64,000 nt of DNA from positions 62,001 through 126,000 of the forward strand of contig CP120458.1 in assembly GCA_034226945.1 (NCBI GenBank). The letters run 5' to 3'. Within the stretch, counting starts at the first letter, position 1. Every line of letters starts with the position of its first letter. This stretch comes from Picochlorum sp. SENEW3. Its lineage: Eukaryota. Positions 1-11,569 of this stretch are shown piece after piece. The notes below the pieces were generated by a model. It saw only the letters and a program-made list of their open reading frames with translations, made no database searches and was not told the DNA's origin. Position numbers and translations under genes: made by a program.

Positions 1-1
1 A

Positions 2-1993
2 GTGGATGAACCTGGGAACTGGCAGATGGCCTTCATGACTAAAGAACAACGAGAGGTGCTTCGGGTATGCAGCAAAATGATTTTTATTGACGCATGCCAC
101 TCTCTGAACAAAAAAGGAGACATCACGCTGACCATGATGGTGAGAGATCCATATGGCAATGGATTCCCAGTGGCCTATTGTGTGTGCTCTGGAGGAGAAA
201 CGGCTGCCAAGTGGAGGGAATTCTTGAAGGCTGTCATTGAGGCTTGTGATCTTGACCCAGACACTATCACATTTATGTTGGACAAGTCTACGGCGTGCAT
301 TGCAGCATTGAAATCCCTGAAATATCGATATGTTCTCTGCATCTTCCATGTCATGCAAGCTTGGGGCCAACACCTCAGGAGTGCTGACAGCCCTGTGAGA
401 GAAGACAGTTGTCGCAACGCAGTGCTCAAGTATGTTCGAAAGCTAAGTCTGATGACACTCGATCAGGCATTTGACCGCGAAGAGGCCTCATTCAGGGAGT
501 TTCTCCAGCGCATTGATAGCAGTGGCAAACTCCTTGCTTACTACAATTAGGAATGGTCACACATTGACGATACCTGGAGCAGACATGGCAGGCGAGATCT
601 TCGCGACATGAAATCTGATACAAACAACCTTCTCGAGAGGTTTTTCAGGAGCGTGAAGCGCGACTATTTACGTGGAATGAGGGCCAAGAGAAGGGACCTG
701 CTGATTCAAACGCTGATAAACAAAGCCACTGACTACCACATCGAAGTTCTGAAATCGAAGCTCGCAAATCGGGATGTTTCCCAAAGAGAACTGCTACAGA
801 GACAATACGATGAGGCTGTTGCTTACTTTCGAACACACAGTCGTCCAGTTGTCCTCCCAGAAACGCCAGGTTCACTTGTCTCTACTTCCTTTGGCGATGA
901 CCGAGTTCTGAGAATGCTGTGCAAAGATGGCTTGGTGCATTACTCTTGCCTGGGAGACTTAAGCTGCACATGCGACGCGAATGACGACGATATTTGCACG
1001 CACATCCAGGCACTGATGCATGGAGACAATGGAGAATGCCATCTGAACCTGGATCACATCATGGGTGCTGCAGACATTGTCCGAAGAGGACTTCAGCACG
1101 AGAATCCTGCGCCAGTCCAGAAAATGAGAGAAGATAGAACGAGCGACGAGCCCGTGGATGTCTACGAGTGCTGGCCAATCAGCTTTTATCTCACTGGAGA
1201 ATTTCCAGCAAAAGATTCAAACAAGAGACGCCTCCCATATTTTGTCAATGCCAGTGACAATATTTGCACATGCCATTGCTACAACCTGCTGTCTATATGT
1301 CCGCATCTCATAGGGCTTGGTTGTTCAAGCGAAGATGATTTGAGGGAAATCCTGAACCAGATGCAAGGCTCCCTCTCCATCAAGAAAAATAACGAGGTCA
1401 ATGAGGAATCGATCACGGCCCTGCAGGCGCAGTTGGAATTGGCACCTCACACACAAGATGACATTGCCTTGCCTAGAAGGGACGACGCATCGCGCACTAG
1501 TCAAAGGAGACACGCCAGTGGCCTCCTTTCTGACGCCATCAAAAGTATGAAAAGAGATTTTGATGCCATGGATGATCACGTGCAAATGCAATGGTTGAAC
1601 GACTTCATGTTACCTGCCGTGAATCAAATAAAAGTCTTCAAGGAGAAGCACGCTGCGAGCTCAAACAATAATTCCAGCCACGTCTCAGGATCGCGGGCGT
1701 TTGATTGCCGGGAAAATCGGTTTGTGACTCAGGTCAGGTTCTCTCGCCAGAGCTCCTCTGCTCCCAACTCGGATAACGCACTCTTCTCTGATGGTCTTGA
1801 ATATCTAGCTCAGTTTACAAGAAACACCGAAGAGGAAGAGTCGGTGGACATCGATGCCACTCCATGCCCACCACCTGCACCACCTGCTGGCCAGATTCCT
1901 CCCAATCCAGGAACTCTACCTCGGGGGACACATGTTGAGGCTACCCTCCGTAGTATCAGGGAAAATTTGCGTGACAACACCAATCGTCAATGA
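2..1993 (+). pseudogene. MULE (Mutator) DDE transposase with two SWIM zinc fingers; in-frame TAG at 548-550; 5' part lies outside the window
   Basis: ORFs 2..550 and 608..1993 are in the same frame and read YYN*EWSHIDDTWSRHGRRDLRDMKSDTNNLLERFF. MULE motifs: FIDACH, GNGFPVAY, FMLDKS, CIFHVMQAW, TNNxxE. SWIM motifs CTCDANDDDICTH and CTCHCYNLLSICPH. Confidence 0.88.
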
Positions 1994-2354
1994 TGTGAAA
2001 CGTGTAAAACATGCCTGTTGGTATTCAGGACCTGCTGGTCCTCAGGCTCGCTGGCTTGGTCCAAGAAATTCGACTCGTTCGTTCGCATCAGGGGCTCTAA
2101 AAATATAATGAATCAATACTATGTGTTATACATAATCACGCACCGTTCTCGATAATCTTGCAGATAATGGGTGGGAACCCTGTTTCGCGATCAACAACAC
2201 CATCGCGCTGTCGACGCGATGCGCTGGGCTACTCAGCCCACGGGTGGATATTACACATTATTTGATGATCTATTGTTTGTTACAATTGATACTACGTCAA
2301 GGACAGTAGGTTTTGTTGGCCAAGTAGCGTCGAGGGATTGTTGACGGTTACTAG

Positions 2355-2512
2355 CCGGGAGGGCCTCATTTGGGCCGATTTTGGCTTTGGCGGAAATGAG
2401 GCATTCCCGGCTGCAGCTGGGAGGGCCTCATTTGGGGGGCTCAAAATGGCCGATTTTGGAGGGTCCAAATCCGGCCCTGCGAGATCTATCTGGGAGGGCC
2501 GGATGGTCTGTC
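2355..2512. repeat. 158-bp transposon terminus (probable MULE TIR), copy 1
   Basis: Highly similar to 33143..33300; both end in ...TGTC. Internal iterations of GGGAGG(G/C)CCTCATTTGGG and GGCCGATTTTGG. Lies just downstream of the MULE gene. Confidence 0.75.
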
Positions 2513-2519
2513 ATCTACG

Positions 2520-2593
2520 TGTGTATCCAGTGCGAATGAGATGAGTCAAGATTGCCCCTCGATCGGGGGTTTTTAGGACCCGGGGCTAATGGG
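2520..2593. repeat. 74-bp exact direct repeat, copy 1 (copy 2 at 11239..11312)
   Basis: TGTGTATCCAGTGCG...GGGGCTAATGGG is identical at both sites. Confidence 0.9.
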
Positions 2594-3511
2594 GAATCTC
2601 TTACCCTATATAGGGTATAATTATACAAGCTTGTACAAGCTTAAGCTTGTAACCCTGCTTAAGCAGGGTTCTCCAGTCCTCACCATATGCAGGGACAAGT
2701 CAGGCCCAATCCACGCCATGAACGCCGATGTGGCTCCAAAACTGCCCACCAAATCGCCTATATGATCACATATGGCGAGCATGTCGCTCTGAATAGCCTC
2801 CAATTCGCTGCACAGAGACAAAAACATGTTGCAAAAGTCAGCCCAGGTTGAAACACAACATCGAGTTCCGCCTCTACAGGACATGATTCGGGCTGTACTC
2901 CGACAGAATGCCGCTGAAATGTGAATTTAATACCATTCAACACGGGGGAGAACCACCGTACGCACCTCTGGCTACGTTTTCGGCCCCTCTCAAACTCAAC
3001 CATCTCGGGAAATGTGCCAAGGTTGACTCGGCCACGGGTTGACCGACCCATGACTGCCGCCAAAATGACTTATTTAAACATAATATATGAATTGGAATTG
3101 CCGGAGCGAAGGTTTGGGGTGCATTCAATTTTTTTGACTTGGCCGGATTTGGTCCCCTTCAAAGGGGGCCGTCCCTATAGGGACCGTAGCTACGGTTATC
3201 ACGGCCGGCCTGTGGGGATCTCGAAACTATGCAATGCAGGGTTGCAGAGCAGGGTTTCCATTTTTGGCATAGTCGTTGCATATCGACCGGCATATTTTTG
3301 CCTCTGATCGGACGAGTTGGCATATTTGATGGCATATTCGGGGCATATTGATGCGTCTTATCAAATATACGTTTGATGGGATGACGATACATGGGTAGAT
3401 TGAAAGTTGGTTACTTTCCCATCGAAGCATGATTATGATAGGAGTATATGCCACCCTGAAGGGCCTGGCTAAGCTTGCTGAAGCTACAGCTCCCCATGTT
3501 CTAAATAGTGT

Positions 3512-5445
3512 AAAAACATTCTCGCGGGCCCCTTTTTTTGACGTGAGTCTCATGACACTTCAATCGACATAGCGATGTTTGGATGGAAAGGGCGGATGGA
3601 CCGCCCTTTCAGTTGGCCAGGTTTGTCCAAGCCCCATGGGCTGGGAACATGCATGTGCTGTAACATTCCTATGGTGAGACTGAAACCTTGTATGGTCCTT
3701 TGTATGGATTTCCAAGCGTTCTGGGTTTCTTTGAGAACCGTCCTAATTCACATGATCCTAGAAATTCCTTTGCACTACAGCAGTATAGACTGATCACTGG
3801 ATCAACATTGCATAAATGCAGTTGTCGACACGCCATCAAATCTCTATTTGCGGTTTGTCATTGCCTGATATCGATACAAATCTCCCAAATCCGTGAATCG
3901 GCTGAGCAGACCTGCGTTTCCATTGTTGGACTCACAACCCCCATTTGCAAAATATCTCTCAAGTAGGAGGGAAAGGCTTGCAATGTCACTGCTTTCATAT
4001 TCGATATCCTCTCATCCATGCGCCGCATCCACATTGATTTTGTTGTCTAAAATCAGAAAACCTGTCCATCTCGATGGCATGTTTGATCCTCATGATCAAA
4101 GGTCACAGTTCGAGAGAACCACATTGATTCTACTGCTATGAGGTTTGTATTGTTGCCCCTGTGCCAATAATGAGCAGCTATATGGGTCATCAATCCTCAC
4201 GTTCACAATTTCATATACATATGAGTCTTTGGCTAAGGCATCGCCCATCATGGCCACAACAGCACCTCACTGAGAGCCATAAGAAAGCAATATGGTGACA
4301 TGGAAGCATTTAGTCAACAGTAGCACAAACGAGCATGCTATGGACAGACAGAAATCTGAGGGAAGCATACTATGGTGACCAAAAAGTGCATGGTATCGCT
4401 GCGATACATTCATACCACAGGGATTGACGGAGATACTGATGCCCACCTTTATAGACTGTGGTGTAGATGACCTGAGGACCATCCGCACTTGCATACAATC
4501 CGCAGAAAATCGTACTGCTCACGGACATTACTTATAACAACTGTACATATGTTTCCATGATGCTTGGCATTGAAGTGTTGGCTGCTTGTTTTGGGGTGTA
4601 GTGGTTACTGTTCCATCTGACATGACTTGGCTGCATGAGCATTGCAGATAGCATCTGATTTGGCCTTCATGACATTTCTTCATGGAAGTGTCAGGATAAA
4701 TGACATTCAGGAGCAAATATCCACCAAAACATAGCAGATTGCTGTAGATTATGCTTCCACCCGGACGATGGAACCTGGGGCGTTAGCCTTGAGCAGTCAC
4801 AGCCTTGGCCCAAACTCAGGTGTCATGAATCGACAAATTTCGCCTATGAACATGCCAATTTGACCGGACGGTTGGACTCTCCATCTATGAATAATAGCAT
4901 CCCATCACAGGCTGATGTTGACCGGGAACATTACAATTCGCGTGTAGCACTATATGCTTCCCTTAGCTGCCCTCTGATACGCGTCAGGCATCGACAGAGA
5001 ATCGAGCAATCCATTTCTTCTGGAATATCAAAGCACTATAGGTGAATTGACAGCCAATACCCTGGCACAGATAGCAACCAGAGGTGCGCACGGACATTCG
5101 ACAGTTAATGGTTGGGCACATTTGGTCGCTTTGCGGCGGCGTCTAGCCACCCGGGCTTCCCATTCACCCCTATAATGTGCATCTTACTCTTTTCTGTTTA
5201 ATGCACTGTCCCAAGGGTACTCGGTTGACACGTATGAAAAGTGGCACGCTTTTTTCCCCGATTTTTTCACTAATTCGTCGCTCGCGAACGCCACGTCCCA
5301 AGTCACTTCTTGCATTCTCTGGTCCAGTCTTATATTACAATACTAGTCATTTTTATGTGCACAGTGTAATTTATCCTGCTGCAGGGAAGCGGGAATCGCG
5401 TTTGTGGTTACAGCTATATAACTTTCTTTCCCCCTAAAGGGCCCG
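3512..5445. repeat. ~1.9-kb dispersed repeat, copy 1; probably carries a decayed minus-strand gene
   Basis: Colinear with 34498..36438, with scattered substitutions and indels; the matching fragmentary ORFs are broken at different places in the two copies. Confidence 0.85.
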
Positions 5446-5728
5446 TAAACACAAAGGGGATATACTGTCCAAGTCATCAATCTTGTGTGGCCGACACACA
5501 TTTTGATTGGTTGAAATTTCAGCATAGCAATGAACTGAAGCAGCTTAATCTACTGTGCAATTAAATTTGAATCAAATAGTGTTTGGTGTTCAGAGACGCC
5601 ATTCGAACGAGTCACGAGCTTGCTGCGATTTTGTGGTCTATTGTATCGCGCGTTGTCGTTTATAAGTATTAATAAAGTTTGTTGAGGAATTTGGAGAGAT
5701 TTTCTTGGATTTTAGCGCTGTGAGAGGT

Positions 5729-6985
5729 ATGTCGCGTGGACATGCGCCAATGGACCCAGAGGTTGGTCGAGCTTCGAAGCGACTTTGCAGCGCATTCGAT
5801 GCTGTCTTGGAGCAAAACGCGCGCGATACAGCATCTATAAATCAACCAAATTCTGGTGTGAAAAGGTGGACGACGCGCGATTGGTGCCACATCTATAAAG
5901 CCGGCACCGAAAACCCTGAACAGCAGTATGAGATGCTCCACAATGGCGCTCTGGATGCCAAGGAGATGTGCCCAGAGCTCAGCAACAAGCTCCTTGGGCA
6001 GCTGCTGTTCGACTACAAGTCTACGTTTGACAAGCTGGCGCGAGCAGATGCCAGAGTGGCCTCTTTGGAGCAGGCCCAAGAGGAGGCTGCAAACAAGATG
6101 CAGCAGGTTGAGGAGGGCAAAGGGGTGGTGCAGAACTACTTGGATAATTTGGAGGTGATCATGGAAGATATACAGATGGTTTCTACAATATTTGGCAAGT
6201 TCAGTGTCGATTTCAGCGAGGCTGCTGGTACATTGGCTGCTCTGCCATTCATGAGGGATGACAGTGATGGGGTATCCCCAGCACCCCACCAGCAGGTGAC
6301 GCCTGCAACGCCCGCTGCCGGTGAGGAGTGCTTGCTAGAAATGGAGGAAATCAATAATTCAATAGAACTGGGCGTTGCGAAGAGGTTCATTGGGGGCAGT
6401 GGAGATGCTTGTGCCACCCTGATCTCTGTGACAGTTCCAGATGGAACACAAGACCAAAAGGGCAATCCCATACAAAGCGGGATGTACTACCTGAAGAAGG
6501 AACTGATTGAGATTCTTAATCGCCTTCTCCCGAGCTGGAACAAGAAGCGGGACACCAACTCGCTGGTGAGGAGGCCAAGCCTAGACTTCAACCTGCACAG
6601 GAGCGATGTGGAGCATGCAACATGGGCATTGAGTGATGCCAGCCAGAGCGAGGAGGAGTGGTTGCTCGATCACAAAAGATATGCATGCCAAAATGCATCG
6701 AAAGGTGTGTCTTTCGTGTCGGTATCAAACCTTGATGACATCATTAGCACCCTGAAGGGGCAACTCAGGAAGAAAGGCAAAGATGCAGCTGTTGTGACAT
6801 CTCATGAACAGGCGCTGGATACACTATTGTCTCATCTACAAACTATTAATACCTATCAAGAGGAAGAAGCGTTGAATATCGACATGCCGCCTGAGCAGCT
6901 GTGCAAGGTGAGGATGGACAGTAAGTTGCATAGTTTGGATCACTTGCAGCAGTGCAACATTGTTGGCTTTGCACATGCGTTGTGA
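5729..6985 (+). CDS. Hypothetical coiled-coil protein (~420 aa), probable transposon accessory gene
   Basis: Long ORF with a heptad-like stretch (ARVASLEQAQEEAANKMQQVEE). A decayed inverted paralog of its 3' end is at 14213..14550. Possible intron from ~6908. Confidence 0.6.
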   Translation: MSRGHAPMDPEVGRASKRLCSAFDAVLEQNARDTASINQPNSGVKRWTTRDWCHIYKAGTENPEQQYEMLHNGALDAKEMCPELSNKLLGQLLFDYKSTFDKLARADARVASLEQAQEEAANKMQQVEEGKGVVQNYLDNLEVIMEDIQMVSTIFGKFSVDFSEAAGTLAALPFMRDDSDGVSPAPHQQVTPATPAAGEECLLEMEEINNSIELGVAKRFIGGSGDACATLISVTVPDGTQDQKGNPIQSGMYYLKKELIEILNRLLPSWNKKRDTNSLVRRPSLDFNLHRSDVEHATWALSDASQSEEEWLLDHKRYACQNASKGVSFVSVSNLDDIISTLKGQLRKKGKDAAVVTSHEQALDTLLSHLQTINTYQEEEALNIDMPPEQLCKVRMDSKLHSLDHLQQCNIVGFAHAL

Positions 6986-8259
6986 CCATTCTCGCCACAA
7001 GGCTGGAAAATATATATCATATGTGTGTGGTAATATATTGGAATGGAGTGCAAGTCTTATTTTAATTGGAACCGCTGTATGAGCATGAATTGGGCCTTGT
7101 GCCACACATGCAGCATGATGTTTGCATGCACATGACACACTTTCTTACGGGGACGGCAGCACTGCCCTCTCCGCAGCATTCATTTGGCTTTTATACGCAT
7201 CAATATATATTATACTACCGTAATCACTTTGTATTTGCGTCCATAAGGCGGCCATCCTGGTCCTGAAAGTTGGCAGCCTTCATTGAAGTCCTGTGATGGG
7301 AGAGGGAGAGCCTGCCTGGCCATCCCTCTCTTCCACGGGGTTGCTCTGAAATTGACGTTCGTCTCCCATTGAACAGGAAAAACGCGTTTGATGGGAGACC
7401 AACGTCAATCTCCTGTGCCAGATAGGGTATTTTTCCTCATGCCAATCAAATATGATGACAGACCGGCTCCTCTGGCGCGGGTTTTCATCCGCCTAGGCTC
7501 TGAACATCGACATGACCTACATAAAATCGCACCATGCATATACCCTATATCCTGGGGACTCGCCATATGCCCTACACCGGAGTTTACCCGAGCTTGCTGC
7601 AGACAGGGAATTCAAATGCCAGATCGAAAAGTCGGGTCGCCACCCAGGCCTCTATCATATGCTAGCAGGGTGGATTCAATACTTTATCCAAATATATCAC
7701 TGACCATTATTTGCGACGCAGATTATGTCGCGAGCTCCGTATCGGCCGTGCTCCGCGCAACGACCTGCTCGAAATTTGAATTCCTTGCCATGCGCGATTG
7801 CGCGCAGGGGATCTCAACAGTCGCGGATATCGCCTAAAACCATCAATTAAATGTGTAAAAGATACCATCGGATGCTTGAGCACATGATGCTGTGCGGTTC
7901 GTCGCCGTCCGAACCGTGTCATGTCTCCACAAGAAGGCGAGCCAGGGCGGTCTACACTCGATCGAACGCTCCATCGGCTCATAATCAAGCATATTGGAGT
8001 ATTTAAGATGCCAATATGGACGCGAGAGCGGCTCGGGGCGGAGGTCGACAAGGCTGGGTGCCATTCCTGCGGTCAAAAAAGCAGGCTTTCAGAGGGTCAT
8101 GGCGGCATCGAGCCGATTTTCAACCCCGCGTTCTGCACCGATTTGGCATCGTTACAACTCAAATAGTGAATCGGGACGTATTTGACGCATCGAAACGCGC
8201 CATGGTACGCTGTGGACGGCGGAAAACCCTGCTGAAACAGCAGGCCACTCGGCAGTCCC

Positions 8260-11008
8260 TCACTGCTGATCTGGCGCATGTACCTGCACCTGCTCCGGCC
8301 TTGGGCGCGCCATGCTGTATCGAATGAGTTTATGGTACTTTGAGATGTTCCACTGTGTCAGAAATAGGCGTAGCAGGGCGATGAATGGCCGCTGGCCCAT
8401 CCTGGAAAGAACGGGTTTGAACCTCTTCATGGCAGCATTGATTTGCTCGCACGCCTCCGTGTTCTGCGTCATGCTGGCAATGTCCTTCATCTCACTTTAT
8501 AATTTAATGGAAAAACTCCTGGCACAGGCGACGTGATTCACCCAATGAAAAGCATCCACAACGAACAGAGTAAATTTGAAAAAGTCTGGTGCCCTGTTGA
8601 GGCAGTAATCCATCAATGCGCACGCGAAATCGTACACCACGACCCTCGGAGCTTTCTTGAGATAGCAGGTGAGAAATGTGAAAGGTTCATCGCGGCCCTC
8701 GGCATTTTTAATGATGAATGAAGCATATGCAACACCGTGCTGGCACATGCACGTAAACACTCCACCTGTCCTCTTCCCTGGCTTGTGGAACGCATGCTTA
8801 CAGGACGCTTTGTCCTTCTCACTCACTTTTGAGTCTTCTTTCTGTCCATCGCATGCGTATGGGGGACGGAAACGCAGTCGAGGGAGGCGGCAACAGACGC
8901 CATTCCTGAGGAAATCCCCATTCACTGCAGAGGCCTCACATGGGTGAGGAATGTCATCTCCCAGCTCGCGCTCGCCACAGTTGATCTCGGAAATCCATCT
9001 GCTTCTTTCTATGATCTCACGTAGAAAAGAAACCCACCCAATGGGGATCACAGCTCCCTCTTGGCCCGGCGCTTGCACAATCCATAGCAAATTCTTGAGG
9101 ATGGGGCCCACTTTGTCCATGACTGCCTGTCCCACCACCCTCCCCGCCTCCAGGCAGCCATCAAGGTCTATAGAAGGCTCGTAGGAGAGGTATGACGTGG
9201 TTGGGCTATCGCTCCGCAACTCCCGCAGCATGGCTTTGAATGCTTTCCTATCCACCAAAGACAGCGGCCCCTCTCTGCACGATTCGTGCACCCACGACAC
9301 AAAGTCGCCCAAATTCCACGTATCGGCGAGACTGCGTAGTCTATGGATGCCCACAAATCCCTGTGGAGTGTCCTTCGACTCGATCCAAGACTCAAAGTCC
9401 TGCACAAGCTTGATGACTTCTCGTCTCTGCCCTGCACGTCTTTCTGGTACCTCATTCGACCCTTTGCTGACATTGAAAAAGCACCGCTCGACCATCAAAT
9501 GCGGTCTTCTGATTATTTGATTGCCTTTGCGCGCCGTAAAGGACTCGGCGCTGCAAAGAGAAGCGCTGATAGACATGGAGGTGCCATCCATGATGATCAC
9601 ATCTGGGCTATCCTGGCAGATGGGGCACATCATGGCATTTGGCGGCATTGCAGCGCCACATTCTTCTCGCATACTTCTAGATATATCACTTGTATCAAAA
9701 TGAAGACAACTGGCAACGCCATACACTGCTTTGCGGAACGCATTGGCCACTAGGAAACTCTCAGTGGGCTCTATTGAATGTTTCTGATATATGCGATATC
9801 CATGCGTTCGTAGGCAGCACGTCTGCTTCGTCATCAGAGGAAGAGCAGGAAGGGTTAGGTGTGGACTCACTCTCCTCCTCTTCAGGATCCACGTCCAAGT
9901 GCAATGCCTCCCGCACCCGAGCGACGTGACGACATCGAAATGCTTTATCTGAATCGCATCGCAGACCCCTATCGCCTTGCATCCTGACGTAGCAGCCGTC
10001 CACGTAGTAGCCAGCTGTGGAGGAGTTATTATATCTGGGCTCCAGACAATTGCGAAATACGGCACAAGAGCACCGCAAATGGCCCATGGGATCAAGATCA
10101 GATTCCACCTCAACCAGCAAGTTGTGGTGGACCCTCATACTGCCCCCAGGCCCATGGCATCGAGCATCCGCGAACGCCCATTTATAATACATGTCTGACT
10201 TGACCAAAGCAGCTACTCCGGTGCCGTTGGGATCCTTGATCGCGTGACAATACCACGGCAGCGAGCCAGGTTCATGCACAAACTCCATGGCCTCCCATTC
10301 ATCCACTGGAGACTGGCAATCCCTTGTCTTGGGCGTCTTCTTTCTCCTGTTCGGACGAGACGACAAATTTGGTGGTCGCTTAAGTCTGCAACTGCTGTCA
10401 ACATGCAAAGAGGGCGGCAGAAACGGGAAGTTAGGCTTGATTTTTGGCATGCACCCATCATTGGACAAGGATTGGTAGTACTTTATCACCTTCTCCAGCA
10501 TATTTTGCATCTTCGAATCTTTCTGTGGATGACACAGCGTTAAATACTTACTGTTAGCGTGAACTAGAGCAACCACAGGCAAGGCGTGCGACTCGGCAAG
10601 CCTCTTCTGCAGCAGGGAGAAAGCAGCCTTCTTGTTGTGATATCCTTTGCTATTTCCCCTCTCGTCCTGGCTCCCTCGTCCATATATATTCTTCACCTTA
10701 ACACAATCAACCCAGAGGGGTCTATATCCCAGGATTTCAGCGACGTAGGACCTCAGACCTTGCTTCAAAAGCCTCAAGGGTATGAGCCTAAAGGCAAGCC
10801 CCAAGTTCCTGCTGGAAACCATATACATCTTGCCATCGGTCCCCAGCCACACCACCACGCCGTACAATGCCCCATAGCGTTGAATTAGAGTCTCTACGTG
10901 GTTACAGATGCGGGGAATAGCGTCCGAAAACGCCTCAGTCTCTCTCCAAAACTCCCAGACGTCCCTGTCTTTGTACAGCTCGTGTAAAGGGAGGGCCATT
11001 TCCTGCAC
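8260..11008 (-). pseudogene. KDZ (Kyakuja-Dileera-Zisupton) transposase with a SWIM-like/Cys-cluster N-terminus; frameshift near 9770 and in-frame TAA at 8497-8499
   Basis: Motifs CPIC..IIMDGTS, TGGVFTCMCQHGVAY, AEGRDEPF, VVYDFAC, VDAFHWVNH. After the stop the same frame continues as QNTEACEQIN..WN. Upstream ORF has RCSC..CRH. An acceptor-like TGTGCAG near 11003 suggests a further 5' exon. Confidence 0.85.
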
Positions 11009-11238
11009 AGAAATTGCTCAGATGCGGATAAGATAGATGAAAATATATGTTTATACCGATATAGCATCATGGGTAGAGATTGCAACAATGTGTGAGAGAG
11101 CAAAACGCACATGTATAGGACATGCTCAAACTCTCGTTCAAGGTGTAGGTCACCGTGGTGAGCGTTGCAGCACGAAGATTGCCAAAATATCTTTAAAGTG
11201 TAGATTGATTGTACATGCGAAGAATTGTGCACAGTACT

Positions 11239-11312
11239 TGTGTATCCAGTGCGAATGAGATGAGTCAAGATTGCCCCTCGATCGGGGGTTTTTAGGACCC
11301 GGGGCTAATGGG
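11239..11312. repeat. 74-bp exact direct repeat, copy 2 (candidate 5' end of the KDZ element)
   Basis: Identical to 2520..2593; ~230 bp upstream of the KDZ ORF. Confidence 0.85.
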
Positions 11313-11569
11313 TGGGGTAGGGAGCCGGGATAGGGTAGGGTATTTTGGCCGGTCGGGTATTTTAAGCGACCGGTGATCATCGGTCGTCGGTAAATCATGA
11401 TTTAGCTCGGGGTCTTAAATAAGGAGGTCTTAAATAAGACCTCTCCCAACCTCCGCCAAATTACAAAAAAATTACAAAATTAAATGAAATTTACTGTCCA
11501 ATTTAAAGAGGGATTTACTCTGAGAAAACTGTACATAAATTCAGAAAGAATTGTGAAGTGCGCTTCGAA

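Noticed and set aside
548..550. In-frame TAG (MULE) and TAA (KDZ, 8497) as a sign of stop-codon reassignment
   Set aside because: Conserved host genes end normally at TAG/TAA (GAPDH, UGGT), so these are more simply nonsense mutations or sequence errors.
11310..11340. G-rich tract as telomeric repeat
   Set aside because: Irregular GGGTA/GGGA runs, not a tandem TTTAGGG-type array.
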